Positions 13,232 through 25,370 are shown, counted from the first letter of the stretch. The stretch is DNA of 64,000 nt from Phyllobates terribilis (GCF_046119375.1 NW_027362763.1:621922001-621986000); one strand, 5' to 3'. The notes: generated from the sequence alone by a model not told the origin. Numbers and translations: made by a program.

Positions 13232-15435
13232 TTAATGTGGATACCCTCAAATGAAAGCTGAAAGTCTGAACTTCAACTGCATCTGAATTGTTTTGTTTAA
13301 AATTCATTGTGGTAATGTCTAGAACCAAAATTAGAAAAATGTTGTCTCTGTCCAAATATATATGGACCTAACTGTATTTGTGACCATAGCATATCAACAC
13401 ATCTTGCAGCGATTTAAACCACATTTATAAAACCCTTACAATCCAACCATGTATGACGGTGGACAGTTGTTTTCAAAGAATTGGAAGATAAAATATTCCC
13501 AAGTGTACTTGCTTTTTTAGCCACCACTTAACAACCTGAGCCCAAGATCTTTGATAGAACAGCATCCTCCTGTATCAAAGGTAGATATTTTAGTACTATT
13601 TTTGTAATTTCATTGAGCTGAGGACTGAAATGAAGAGACAAAACTGGTTTAGAAATTACTGTATTACTGCTTTTTTATTGCTTTTTATAGAACCAGTGAT
13701 TAAATGAGGCCGATCCTTTCTGAACAATGCTCTTCGCTCTGTCCAGAGTCTACTTTGAATATACCCTTTTTTAATTTAGAACTACATTACTGCATTACCC
13801 CTTCTAGTTTATTAATGTTACTGCAATTGGGTTTTATACAGATCAACTCACCAACCAGTATAGCCTTTACTGTGTGCCTGAGATGGCTACTGGATGCATG
13901 TAGGATTGTATTCCCAGATATTGCAAAATGTAGACGTAACAATATTACTCCCACTCCTCTCAAATTTGAGATCTAGGAAAGAGATGCAAGACTGATGAAA
14001 AACAAAAGAAAAAACAAACCAAAAGGATTATCATTGAGAAACAAAATTCATTATGGCAGACACATCGCCACTCCAGATAAGGAGGAGGTCATCAATGTAT
14101 CTGCCATACCAAAAAACGCTCTCACAAAATGGGTTAGAGGAAACGTCACACGAATCTTTTAAAAACCCTGGCATTCTCTGTACTAAAGGTTGTAGTAGGG
14201 AATCGAGACACTCCCCCAGATGCTCAGTAAGTGAGCAGATGCCCGACACAATAGGTCTCATGGGGAGAGGGTCAATGGCCTTACGTACATTGGGAAGACC
14301 ATATAAGGAATGCGATAGAGGATGGTCCACAATTAAATAATTCCTCTGCTTCTCTGTAATTACCACCAGAGCAAAACCTTCCTGATTAATCACATGAGTT
14401 TCCCTAGTCAGTGTAGACAAAGGATTAGAAGAAATTTTTTGGTAAGTCATTTCATCAGATAACATATTGGTGATTTTTGTCCGATAAATGTCTGAGTCCA
14501 TTACAACCACCAGACCACCTTTATCGGACATCTTTATAATAATATCATCCATGTTATTCAATTCTTTTAATGCGGTTTATTCATGGGAAGAAAAATTACG
14601 TTTTGTCCGTGTACAGTTGACTGAAGCACGCAAGTCCTTTAGTTCTCTTTGTATTACCTCTTGGAAACGATCCATTGATTCTGTCCTAGATTGGACAGGA
14701 TAAAAATAGGGATTACTGGTTTTTAAGGCAAGGGCTTGATTCGTATTTTGCAAGTTAAGAGACTACTGTGCTTGCAGTTCTTGTAAATTTAAAAGTGCAG
14801 ACTGCTCAGGAAAATTAAATTAAATGTGTGGAATTCATTCACTTGTTGAGGATTGACTCCTTCTTTGTTATCCTCACAATCCTCATGGTTCTCTGAAAAA
14901 AAAATGCCTTTTAACAGTCAAATTTCTAATAAATGTATTAATGTCCATCAATGTTCCAAACAAGTCAGAATTTATTTCTGGCACAAAATTAAGACCATAT
15001 TAGAGAATATAAGCTTGTTCAAGAGTCAAACAATATTTAGAAAGATTGAGAACATTCGATGGATGTAGTTCCCTTAAAATTATTTTCTGTGATGGGTGAC
15101 CATCCCTGGTATTTTTGCCACCGCACCTTTTGCGTTTTTTGAGTGATTTCTTGCCTTCAGATAATAAGAAAAATCCTGGCAGAAGTTGTTAGAGTCCGTT
15201 TCGCTTGTGTTACTATCCGAAGTCTCCGGATCTGAAGAGCTAAAACTAACTTGCGGTTTAGGTAAGTTTTTCTCACGTGAATGCGTTCTTTTCAGGATGG
15301 ATTTGGGTGTTCTTGGGATTCTTTTCTATCTCCTCCATTCATAAACCTGTTTTAGTTTATAATCATTGCGGTCTCATAAAAATTTGATTTTCTTTCTGGT
15401 AGTAATATCTTCCATTTTAGATACTGAAGCATGTA

Positions 15436-16943
15436 CAGTACAGACCAAAAGTTTGGACACACTTTCTCATTTAAAGATTTTTCTGTATTTTCATGACTAT
15501 GAAAATTGTACATTCACACTGAAGGCATCAAAACTATGAATTAACACATGTGGAATTATGTACTTAACAAAAAAGTGTGAAACAACTGAAAATATGTCTT
15601 ATATTCTAGGTTCTTCAAAGTAGCCACCTTTTGCTTTGATGACTGCTTTGCACACTCTTGGCATTCTCTTGATGAGTTTCAAGAGGTAGTCACCGGAAAT
15701 GGTCTTCCAACAATCTTGAAGGAGTTCTCAGAGATGCTTAGCACTTGTTGGCCCTTTTGCCTTCACTCTGCGGTCCAGCTCACCCCAAACCATCTCGATT
15801 GGGTTCAGGTCTGGTGACTGTGGAGGCCAGGTCATCTGGCGTAGCACCCCATCACTCTCCTTCTTCGTCAAATAGCCCTTACACAGCCTGGAGATGTGTT
15901 TGGGGTCATTATCCTGTTTGAAAAATAAATTATGGTCCAACTAAACGCATGGCTACCGCTGCAAGATGCTGTGGTAGCCATGCTGGTTCAGTATGCCTTC
16001 AATTTTGAATAAATCCCCAACAGTGTCACCACTGAGCATTCCACCCCCATGCCGCAGGTGGTTTTAATTGCATCAGGATCTTACTTTCCCACACATAAGC
16101 AGACGGATGTCCCTTAGAGAGGTATTCACATTGTTAGGTCCTGACATCGAGAAACGCATTATCACGGCTGTCAGGTACACATGAATTGGCCAATTTATGC
16201 GCTAAGATTTCTCATTTATTTCTATAGTCTACAGCAGTAATGCTATTCATATTTCATACTTCATATTTACATGCGCTAAAGTTTCTCATTTATTTCTATA
16301 TTCTACAGCAGTAATGCTATTCATATTTCATACTTCATATTTATATACTCAGCGTTACAGAGTGCTACTTTGTTTGTTCATTGTACATCGAGGTAGCTCC
16401 TCTTAGTAAGCACCTGTTCACACCTATTTCTTGTAGTGTAAGTGCAGTCATTTTCTTTGTTACTAGATTTAAGCTTTGACTGAGCACTCCACCCCCATGC
16501 CGCAGGTGGTTTTAATTGCATCAGGATCTTACTTTCCACACATAAGCAGATGGATGTCCCTTAGAGAGGTATTCATATTGTTAGGTCCTGACATCGAGAA
16601 ACGCCTTATCGCGGCTGTCAGGTACACATGAATTGGCCAATTTATGCGCTAAGATTTCTCATTTATTTCTATATTCTACAGCAGTAATGCTATTCATATT
16701 TCATACTTCATATTTACATGCGCTAAAATTTCTCATTTATTTCTATATTCTACAGCAGTAATGCTATTCATATTTCATACTTCATATTTACATACTCAGC
16801 GTTACAGAGTGCTACTTTGTTCATTTACATGGAGGTAGCTCCTCTTAGTAAGCACCTGTTCACACCTATTTCTTGTAGTGGAAGTGCCGTCATTTTCTTT
16901 GTTGTTAAATGAGAAGGTGTGTCCAAACTTTTGGTCTGTACTG
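15436..16943 (-). mobile_element. Tc1 element, both TIRs and TA TSD intact, 5' half replaced by foreign DNA
   Basis: TA|CAGTACAGACCAAAAGTTTGGACAC ... GTGTCCAAACTTTTGGTCTGTACTG|TA. DDE segment QDNDPKH and WPPQSPDLNPIE (ORF 15728-15940). Confidence 0.93.
16031..16902. repeat. Two tandem copies of a 448-bp unit, each with an internal 74-bp duplication
   Basis: Units start at 16031 and 16479 (ACTGAGCAYTCCACCCCCATGCCGCAGG). Internal repeats start at 16199 and 16273 in unit 1. Confidence 0.95.
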
Positions 16944-17395
16944 TACATGCTGCAGAGATGTTTTATATTTTACTGTCTCTATTTGTGTCATTAATGATGT
17001 TTTAATATAGTCTATTTCAGTGTGTATTTGTGATCATTTGAACTCCTCTTCCTCAAAAATTAACTTCATTAAGTCTGTGGAACATTTCCAGATTAATATA
17101 CTGTTGTAGAGATTTTTTTCACTCGAAGCCCTCTCGGTATCATGCTCTTAATAATGTAATTCATTTGATCCTGCTAGTGCATTGGTAATCTGACATTGTG
17201 TTGATAAGTGTTTTCTTTTCTGTGTTTTTGAGTTTATGTCCTTTTCTGTGAGCTGATTTTCTCTTATGTCAAAAAGCTATTTTGTGTTACAATTTTATTC
17301 TCTGATTTATGAAGTAATAAACCTGCCACAGACTTTAACTCAAAGTGTTCCTGTGTCTACTTCAGTAGCATACAAGTGAGTCGCCTTACCACAGT

Positions 17396-17413
17396 TGGTG
17401 GAGAATGCGGGCA
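17396..17413 (+). promoter_or_regulatory. Primer-binding site complementary to the tRNA-Ala(AGC) 3' end
   Basis: TGGTGGAGAATGCGGGCA lies 2 nt after the LTR end ...CCTTACCACA (17393). It matches the reverse complement of vertebrate tRNA-Ala ...TGCCCGCATTCTCCACCA, recalled from memory. Confidence 0.8.
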
Positions 17414-17954
17414 ACATTCCAGGAACACATGTAGCTGCTACAGAAAATGTCATATGTCCTGGGAAAAGGCCATCAGCCAGCGAGAGACGTCCGGCAGCAT
17501 TGGACGACGTAATCAAGCACCTGGTCCAGATGCAGTAGCAGCAGGAGAAAAACAAGCTACTGCTACTGCAGATTCAACAGCAGGAGCAGCGGCAACATAT
17601 GCAATGTCTAGCGATCGCTATCCAGGGCAGGCCAACCCCCCCACCCCCATGCAGAAGATGACCCCGGGGGATGACGTGGAAGTCTTTCTCACGGTTTTCA
17701 AGAGGGTGGCTGATCGGTAGAGACTTCCGCCAGAGCAGTGGGCAGAGGTGTTGCGCCATACTGGGACAAGCGAACCCCAAAAGGCGTATTATGACTTTGA
17801 ACTGCAGAATGCCAAGGCATATGCCAAGCTAAAGGCCAAAATCTTGGCACGCCTAGGAGTAACTATGTTGGTTAGAGCCCAGCGAGTCCACCATTGGGCA
17901 TATGCTGCGACAAGCTCCCTCTCTTGCAGATGTTTGACTTGCTACATCTAGTCT

Positions 17955-18115
17955 AGAAGTGGTTGCAGCCAGAGTCTTCCTCTCCTGCCCAGATCGTTGA
18001 GCGTGTGGTGATGGACAGATTCATCCTCTTCCTTCCTAGGCCAGTGCAGACCTGGGTTGTCCAGGGCAATCCTAGGAATGCGGACGATCTGTTTGACCTA
18101 GTGAAGAGGTACCAG
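17955..18115 (+). pseudogene. SCAN-domain-like segment of Gypsy gag
   Basis: KWLQPESSSPAQIVERVVMDRFILFLPRPVQTWVVQGNPRNADDLFDLVKRY resembles the SCAN consensus. Confidence 0.75.
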
Positions 18116-18277
18116 GTTTCGTGAAATCCCTAGGGAAACAGGACATTGTCACTTCTCCATACTGGAATACCCAAAGGGGGATGGGCTCACCAAGAAGGCA
18201 TTCTAGAGCCACAAATGGTGTCCAAATTCCACTGAGGGTCCTCCAAAGTCTATTGTTAAGGACGTGGTCTCTTGGCT

Positions 18278-18531
18278 ATTATTTATTTAGTTTACTCACT
18301 TATGTAGTGCCATTAATTCCACAGCGATTTACAGACATGAGCACTGTCCCCATTGGGGCTCACAATCTAAATTCTCTATCAGTATGTCTTTGGAATGTTG
18401 GAGGAAAATGGAGTACCTGGAGGAAACCCACGCAAATATGGGGAGAACATACAAACTATTGTCCTTGGTGGGATTTGAACCCAGGACCCCAACGCTGCAA
18501 GGCTGCAGTGCTAACCACTGTGCTGCTGTGC
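18278..18531 (-). mobile_element. V-SINE (tRNA-derived head, V-domain, L2-derived tail) inserted in Gypsy gag
   Basis: Minus strand: A box CAGTGGTTAGC, B box GGTTCAAATCC (18471-81), central GTTTGTATGTTCTCCCC..TGCGTGGGTTTCCTCC, and an L2-like tail TGTAAATCGCTGTGGAATTAATGGCACTA. Confidence 0.85.
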
Positions 18532-20555
18532 CTATGTCAGAATCCTGGACACGTAGCAGCCTGGTATCATTTGTCCCCTGAACCTATGGACTGCAACCTA
18601 GGGAGGCGTTGTTCCTATTAGCCTACCTGGCCTGTAGTGTGGACTTTCAATACGGAGAGGAGCCACAGGTGTGTACTGTGTCAGTTAATGGGGTACTGGT
18701 GCTTGGACTTTTGGACTCAGGAAGTCTGTTGACCCTGCTCAGTGCTACACTTCCCCACCAGTGGATCCCTGACAATGTTTGTGTGCATTTGCTGTATACA
18801 CGGAGACGCCAAGGACTACCCTGTGACCATGGGAACAGACTGCGATACCAAGTCCCATGAGGTTGGGGTAGTGAAAAACTTGATACATCCAGTCATATTG
18901 GGGCAGGATTTTTCCTTATTTTAGACTTGTGGCAAAAGGGGGCTGTACCGAGTGTATTGGCCAAAATCTGATCCCTTGGGAAGAAACCCCGTTGAAATCA
19001 AAGTTGGATGAGATTCCCCTGTGTGTCCTTGCTGGGCATGAAAACGAGACGGTGACCAAGGAGGCCAACCTCCTTGAATTGTAAATGTCCGGAGAGAACT
19101 TTGGGACTGCTCAAATTAGGGACCTACCTTTAAAGGGGGCGTTTGACAATGTTACCGTCAGTAACGGGGTTGCCCAAGAGCCGGGGACAGACACCAGGTT
19201 CCCACACTTTGCAATTAATGGGAAGTTATAGTTTTGGGTGACTAAACTGAGGGGCGGTGAAATAGTGGAGTAGATGTTGATTCCAGGACCCTATTGGTGG
19301 AGAGATTTAGACATGGCCAATTCGCATGTTTTGGGGGAACATCTGGGTCCTGAAAAAACTCAGGAAAGGATAATGTGTTTGTTCTTGTGGCCTGGGTGTT
19401 ACAGGGAGATCCTAAATTATCATAGGTCCTGACCCACCTGCCAGATAACCGCTGCCTAATCTCACTTCTGAAGTCCCCTAGTCTTACCTCGTTACCTGTT
19501 ATAGAGGTCGCATTTGAGAGACTTGCCATGAACCTAGCAGGTCCCCTGATTAAATCTGTAAGGGAATATCAATACATCCTTGTGGTCATGGATTATGCAA
19601 CCTGTTACCCAGAGGCTGTACCATTAAAGAACTCATCTGACAAGAGTATAGCCTGTGAGCTTGTCAATATTTTTGCTAGGATGGACCTGCCAAAGGAGAT
19701 CTTGACGGACCAAAGGACACCCTTCATGAACAAGGTGATGAAGGAGATGTGTAAGGTCCTCCAGATTGCCCAGCTGCGAACCTCAGTCTAACTTTCCGCA
19801 GATGGACGACCTAGTGGATCGCTTCAATAAGACCTTAAAGGCTATGCTCAAGAAGGTCATTAAGAAGGATGGTCAAGATTGGGACTGTCTGATCCCGTTC
19901 CTGCTTTTCTCTGTCTGGAAAGTTCCTCAAGCCTCTATTGGCTTCTCTTTATTCTAACTCATGTATGGTCGACATCTGCGTGGGCTCCTGGATATTGCCA
20001 AGGAAACCTGGGAAGCTGAGGTTACTCCCCACCAGAGCATCATAGAGCACATCGCCCAGATGCAGGAGAGAATAACAAAAGTGATGCCTATCATGAAGGC
20101 GCATCTTCTCCAAGCACAAGAGGCACAGGCAAGGATTTATAACTGGTCAGCGAGACTGAGGCAGTTCCAGCCTAGGGTCCGCGTACTGTTGCTTATAGTC
20201 GAGAGCAAGTTCCTGGCCAAGTGGCAAGGTGCATGCGAGGTGGTGGAAAAACTGGGCGAGGTTAATTACAAGGTCCACCAGCCAGGACGGAAGAAGCCTC
20301 ACCAAGTATGCCATGTAAACTTGCTCAAGCCATGGCGAGATCAGGAATTGCTGGAAGCTCCTTGCCTGGGATTCCATCCCGAGGCCAAAGTGGAATATGT
20401 CACAATTGCAGAAACGCTATCGCCAGCCCAGAAAACACAGTGTTGAGAACTGTTACAGTCGAACCGTGACCTGTCCTCGGAGTTGCCAGTGCATACACAG
20501 ATGGTTGAACATGATGTAAGGGTGAACCTGAAGCCATATAGAATTCCCAAAGCAC

Positions 20556-20849
20556 GCTGTGTGAGATTTTTAATTCCTTACATCCATCGCTTGATGGAAA
20601 GGGGAAGCACCATTCCAGATTAGCCACAGGCAGCACAGTCTCTACAGAGAAAAGAAACTCACTAGGGTTTACAACATATTTATTGTAGCATGGAAGGGGT
20701 GATTTATCATGCCACATGGTCCTGTGGTCTTACCTATGTTGGACTCAATTCCCGGAAACTCAGAATTAGTGTTAGAAAGCATGTGCGTTACATCTGTAAC
20801 ACCTCTGAATCGCATGATGACACACAATTAAAACCTATTCCGAGACATT
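20556..20849 (+). mobile_element. Penelope-like GIY-YIG fragment
   Basis: GVIYHATWSCGLTYVGLNSRKLRISVRKH. Confidence 0.75.
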
Positions 20850-20853
20850 TTAA

Positions 20854-21030
20854 CCCCTTAACGACCGCCGTAACGTATTTTCACAGTGGCAGTTAAGTGT
20901 ACTTATTCCTCAGCACTGCTCTTTCACGGCGCTGAGAAATAACAGTGTAGCGCCGACCAACATTAGAAAATATCCCGGGTCTCAGCTACCGGGTGTATTT
21001 GAGACCCTGGAGAACATGATCAGGGTCAGC
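20854..21030 (+). mobile_element. piggyBac-family non-autonomous element, left end
   Basis: TTAA|CCCCTTAACGACCGCCG. Related to the end at 60519. Confidence 0.7.
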
Positions 21031-22482
21031 ATCTCCGCTACAGAAATTGAAATGCTGCGGGTGAGTTTGGGTACGTGTTCATGATCAGGAAAGGCTGCAG
21101 GTTTGACGCTGCATATTTATGCATCGTCAAACCTGCAGAGGCCAGATGTTACAGCATAGTAGATGGGATTTCTAGAAATCCCATGTCCACTATGCGTGTA
21201 TCTGAGGCTGCGGATCACCCGCGGAAACTGACATGCGGTCCTGGAAGATGCGCCACATGTCAAATTCTCTTGCGGAGTCGCTAGTCTCCGCAACAGAAAT
21301 TTGACCACTAGAATGTATTGAATGCGGTAAATATGCATGGTTCAGTGAACACATTCAATAGACGTGTTCAGTAGAACACAGCGTTTTGGAAGCTGCAAAA
21401 ATATGCTGCGTTCAAAGTGCTGCTACTTCAGGATCATGGGCACACAACTTAAAATGAAAAAAATGAAGTGGGCTCTCGCATCATTTTCATAACCAGCAGA
21501 GGGAAAGCCAACCACTGGGAGCTGATATTACTAGCCGGGGAGGGGCCATTAGCCAACAATGTTTCATGGCTATTAATAACAGACCACAGCTGTTTTCTTA
21601 GCCTTTACTGGTTAGATTACAGGGGGACCCCAGAAAAAAATTGACGGAGGGTCCCCCTATAAAATTTGGCCAGAAAAGGCTAGGCAGACAGCTGCAGGCT
21701 GATATTAATAGCCAGGTAAGGGGCCATGGATTCTGGCCCCCTCCGAGGCAAATATCAGCTCTCAGCTGCCCCAGAAATGGCGCATCCATAATATGCACCA
21801 AATCTGCCGCTTAGCTTCCACTCTTCCCACTTGCCCTGATGCGGTAGCAAGTGGGGTAATAGGGTTGGGGTTCATGTCAGCATTGTATTGGCAACTGACA
21901 TGAAGCCCAGGTTAGTAATGGAGGGTGTCTATAAGACGCCCCCTGTTACTAACCCCATAGTAAAGTTTTTTAAATAAAGACACGGACAGAATAAAGTCTT
22001 TTATTTTAAATAAATTGCACACGGTTTTAACCGAATGCCTAATACGCTGAAGCCATAGTCTCCTGTAAAAAAAAACAAAAATAAAAAACAACCATATCCC
22101 TCACCTGTCCGCCATGATGACATAATCCAGTGTCCCACGACGATCTGGGTCACTTCTACAGCAGTCACACCAGCAATCACTGGTGTGACTGTTCTAGAGG
22201 ACAGCACTGTATACACTGACAGGAGTGTAATCACTCCTGTCAGTGTATAGTGCTGAGCTGCGGGGAGCGAGGTCACTGGAGTTCAATCAGCAGATAATAA
22301 GCTTTGGTGACCTCACTTACTGCACCAGTGTTGCGTGAGAAAATTCTCATGCAGCGGTGCAGTAAGTGAGGTCACTGGAGCTCGTCAGCTGATCATCAGC
22401 TGATTGAACTCCAGTGACCTTGCTACCAGCAGCTCAGCACTATACACTGACAGGAGTGATTACACTCCCGCCAGCTCAGCAC
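21031..22482 (-). mobile_element. Composite non-autonomous DNA element containing a nested Harbinger-type MITE
   Basis: The reverse complement aligns with ~35900-36620, including the nested GGC-type TIR junction. Long internal hairpins at 22200-22480. Interrupted by an LTR at 22483. Confidence 0.65.
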
Positions 22483-23109
22483 TGTTACAGGTTCGGATGG
22501 TGGAACCACTGTGCCGTGGTACAAGGAGAGACCAGAGGGGCGTAACTAAGTGCCTACCCGGACCGACCCTGGCTACACGGCGGATTAGTCGACTCCGTGA
22601 ACCAAGGAGGGACCGGGAAGGTGTACCAGGTGCAACTCTGGGACCGACCTCGTGTGAGAGCTGGCGACTTCCACGGGGCTGATAGCCTAGGTGGACTGGC
22701 ACGACAGATGGGCTGACAGATGTGCACGGCTGGTAGGCAGGCGGACAGAGCTGACTGATGGACAGGCTCGGCTGACAGGCGGGCACGGCTGATAGACAGG
22801 CTGACGAGCACGGCTGAAAGACAGGCTGACGGGCATGGCTGACTGGGACCTGAGGGCTGGAGAGAGTGTTAGCACACAGACTACAACATTGCACAGGTAC
22901 CTCCATTTTGGGGGAGGTGCCTTTAAATAACAGGTGTCCTCCTGCCATTGGCAGGGTACATTTTAGGACGGCACGCGTGGCCCCTTTAAAAAGCAAGGAG
23001 CGCGCACCCTAAGCACAGTGCCCGGGGATCTGTGCTTGGTGCGCACACCCTGGGCCGGCAAGGGGAAAGGAGTCTCTGCCGGGCAGGAAGCAGAGACACC
23101 GATGCTACA
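22483..23109 (-). mobile_element. 3' LTR (627 bp, TG...CA) of a chromovirus-type Gypsy
   Basis: TGTTACA ... GCTACA boundaries. A polypurine tract on the minus strand (plus-strand C-run 23113-23128) is adjacent. Confidence 0.8.
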
Positions 23110-23329
23110 GTACCCCCCCCCCTCCCTTATGCCCCTCTTCTTCAAGCCCGCAAGAAATTTTTCCAGAAGAAGAGGAGCATGAATGTGCTCTCTGGGCTCC
23201 CATGACCTCTCCTCAGGACCAAATCCCCTCCAATCCACAAGAAATAAAGTCTTCCCTCTTACCCTCTTGGTAGCCAGAATGTTCTCTACCTCAAAGACAT
23301 CTGTTTTGGCTGTACAATTTTTTTCTGAT

Positions 23330-25370
23330 TCTTTAAAATTGGTTGAAAGGTATATTTCTGAGCCATTTTATATAATGCCCACTACTGTAATGGATATATC
23401 CATTCGCATCTACCTTTTTGAAGAAAGTTTTAGTGCAAATGGTGTTCTCTTTAATGAAAAGTGTAAGATCTAAGAAGTTAATACTATTTTCATTTATATC
23501 TGAATTTAAAGAGATGCCCCATCGGTTGTCATTAATATACAGCCAAAATGGACTTCATTGAACAATCTAAAATCCTCAAAGAGAAGTTCTCCATGCGGGG
23601 CTACCCCAATAAACTAATTAAAGAGTCATATAAAAAAGTAAGTGATACTTACAGTCAGAATACTATCTGCTATAAAACGAAATCAGATATTATCCTGTTT
23701 GAGCACACGCTAAAGTTCATTACCACATACAATTCCCAACATATAATCCCACCCATAAGGTTACACAAATAGGGAAAATTTATAAATGTGGCAAGCGCAG
23801 TTGTCTGTGCTGCAATACTATTAAACATGGAGTTAAACATTCACTTCTGTCTCCAATAAAGAACAATTCAAAATAAATAAAGCAATGTCTTGCAGCACAG
23901 AGTTCGTAATATACTTAATTGAATGTACATGTCCTAAACAGTACATTGGGAGGACCACACAACCCCTTCTTAAGCGACAACTCACACAGGCATAATACAA
24001 ACACCGTTTTTTAAAGCATGGTCTTTCACGACATGTGATTAATCACAACAGAGATTTCAGCTGTCCTAAAATTATGCCAATTGAACATATTTCCAGTAAT
24101 ACACCCAATAAGATCCAAGTGTTAAATAGAAAAGACGTATATTGGATCTATAAATTAGATACACTAAAACCCCGTGGGCTGAATGAAATATCAGAGGTTT
24201 TGATCTAAGTCATTTTTAGCATCCTCTTCTAGTTACTAGGTCACCTTTCTGCATGTGGTGAGCCTTGTTTGAGCCTTTTCCCCATGTACCATAATCCCCA
24301 TTTTAGGCACATTATGTATGAGCATTTTATACACTTCAAGGTTAATTATGTTTGCGAGATAGTGGAGTGATTAGGGTCCATATACAAAGACATTGGGTTA
24401 CCCGCGTTTTGTTCACAAGACATTCTGATACTAGTGCCCTCCTATTTCCTAGGCGCAACACAGCTGTAGTATTCCCTTGATGTGATGCACCTTGCGCAGA
24501 ATCCGCACTGCTGGATTTCTTCTTTAGGTCACCTACCTTTGTAATGTCTTTCCCGATCGACAAGGTACTTAATTTTTCTGTGGTGCAGCTCTATTGATGT
24601 GACGTGGGTACCGATCCTTTGGTTCTCGTCCGCCCCGGTGTTGCTAGTATTTATCTTAGCAGAGAATGCGCGCATATTGGGGCATTTGCTCTCTCTACAT
24701 ATATGTTAAACAGTAATTCAAATGAGTCTCTTTTCCTTAACTAACCAGAAAACATTCTCCTGTGACTCTTAATTCTATGATTAGATCTAATAGAGTAGGG
24801 GTTTCTTCCTACCAGTAACCTCTGGTGTGTAACAACACTATGTCGGGTCAGGAACCACGGGTTCAAATCCATGTGGAGTTTATATAATTTATTGGTATAT
24901 TTATTATCCAGGGATGACCAGCCTACAGTGCACACATATAAAAAAGTAATTTTTACTTTTTTTATATATTTTATACATTTTTATTTTTACATTTTAATTG
25001 ATCAATACACATAATATTTTAATATATCTGTGATTATATGTTTTTATGATTACTTACCTCTATGCTAATAATATGCAACGTACTAGCCGTTTGGCACCAA
25101 ATTTTTCATGCATGTTTGTATACAAGTTGCACCAGGGAAGTCTGTACATCAGCTACTCACTGAGGAAGCGGACAGGATGTCCGCAAAACGCGTTTGAATG
25201 TAGCTTTCATTAAATAATTTTTTTTTCATCCATACATCGGACACTGGATTATCATTGTACATAGAGGAGCGCGGACATTCAGATACCTTTCTTCTTCCAC
25301 ATCGTCTCGCTGATACATTTTGGAATCCTGCTAGGGTTGATGTTATCTGCAGCTCTCCACATTAGCTCTT
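23330..25370 (+). mobile_element. Penelope-like element 3' part (RT C-terminus, GIY-YIG, pLTR) inserted in Gypsy
   Basis: DFIEQSKILKEKFSMRGYP, KCGKRSCLCC zinc motif, VIYLIECTCPKQYIGRT and terminal PRGLNE, then a non-coding pLTR with a hammerhead. Confidence 0.85.
25155..25199 (+). ncRNA. Minimal type-I hammerhead ribozyme motif (HHR2), G12>A
   Basis: ACTCA-CTGAGGA-A-GCGGACA gga TGTCCGC-AAAA-CGCG-TT-TGAAT. Perfect 7-bp helix II, palindromic helix III, helix I with one mismatch. Confidence 0.75.

Larger units (their letters stand above)
10256..13374 (-). mobile_element. Full-length Tc1 element with ~210-bp TIRs and TA TSD, interrupted by a piggyBac MITE
   Basis: TA|CAGTTAGGTCCATATATATTTGGAC ... 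GTCCAAATATATATGGACCTAACTG|TA. The right TIR is split at a TTAA by the 11758-13231 insertion. Confidence 0.95.
13990..17300 (-). mobile_element. Penelope-like retroelement (N-terminal region and RT), interrupted by Tc1
   Basis: ORF 14031-14561 has IKMSDKGGLVVVMD, PMRPIVSG and YGRYIDDLLLIW. Boundaries approximate. Confidence 0.8.
17310..20555 (+). mobile_element. Gmr1-like Gypsy LTR retrotransposon, decayed (LTR end, PBS, SCAN-gag, PR, IN, RT start)
   Basis: gag QKMTPGDDVEVFLTVF. Protease LLDSGS (~18710). Integrase LAGPL..YQYILVVMDYATCYPEAVPL and VNLLKPW. The RT start EHDVRVNLKPYRIP (~20500) lies after the integrase. Confidence 0.88.

Noticed and set aside
16135-16180. CCTGACATCGA-GAAACGC resembling a hammerhead in the 448-bp unit
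   Set aside because: No CTGANGA box, no helix II and no helix I pairing; only a simple hairpin.
18460-18531. tRNA-like A and B boxes
   Set aside because: This is the SINE head; there is no complete cloverleaf and it continues into the V-domain.
22404-22996. ORFs up to 178 aa in the LTR
   Set aside because: They arise from GC-rich short GGCTGAC repeats in the LTR; no domain is recognisable.
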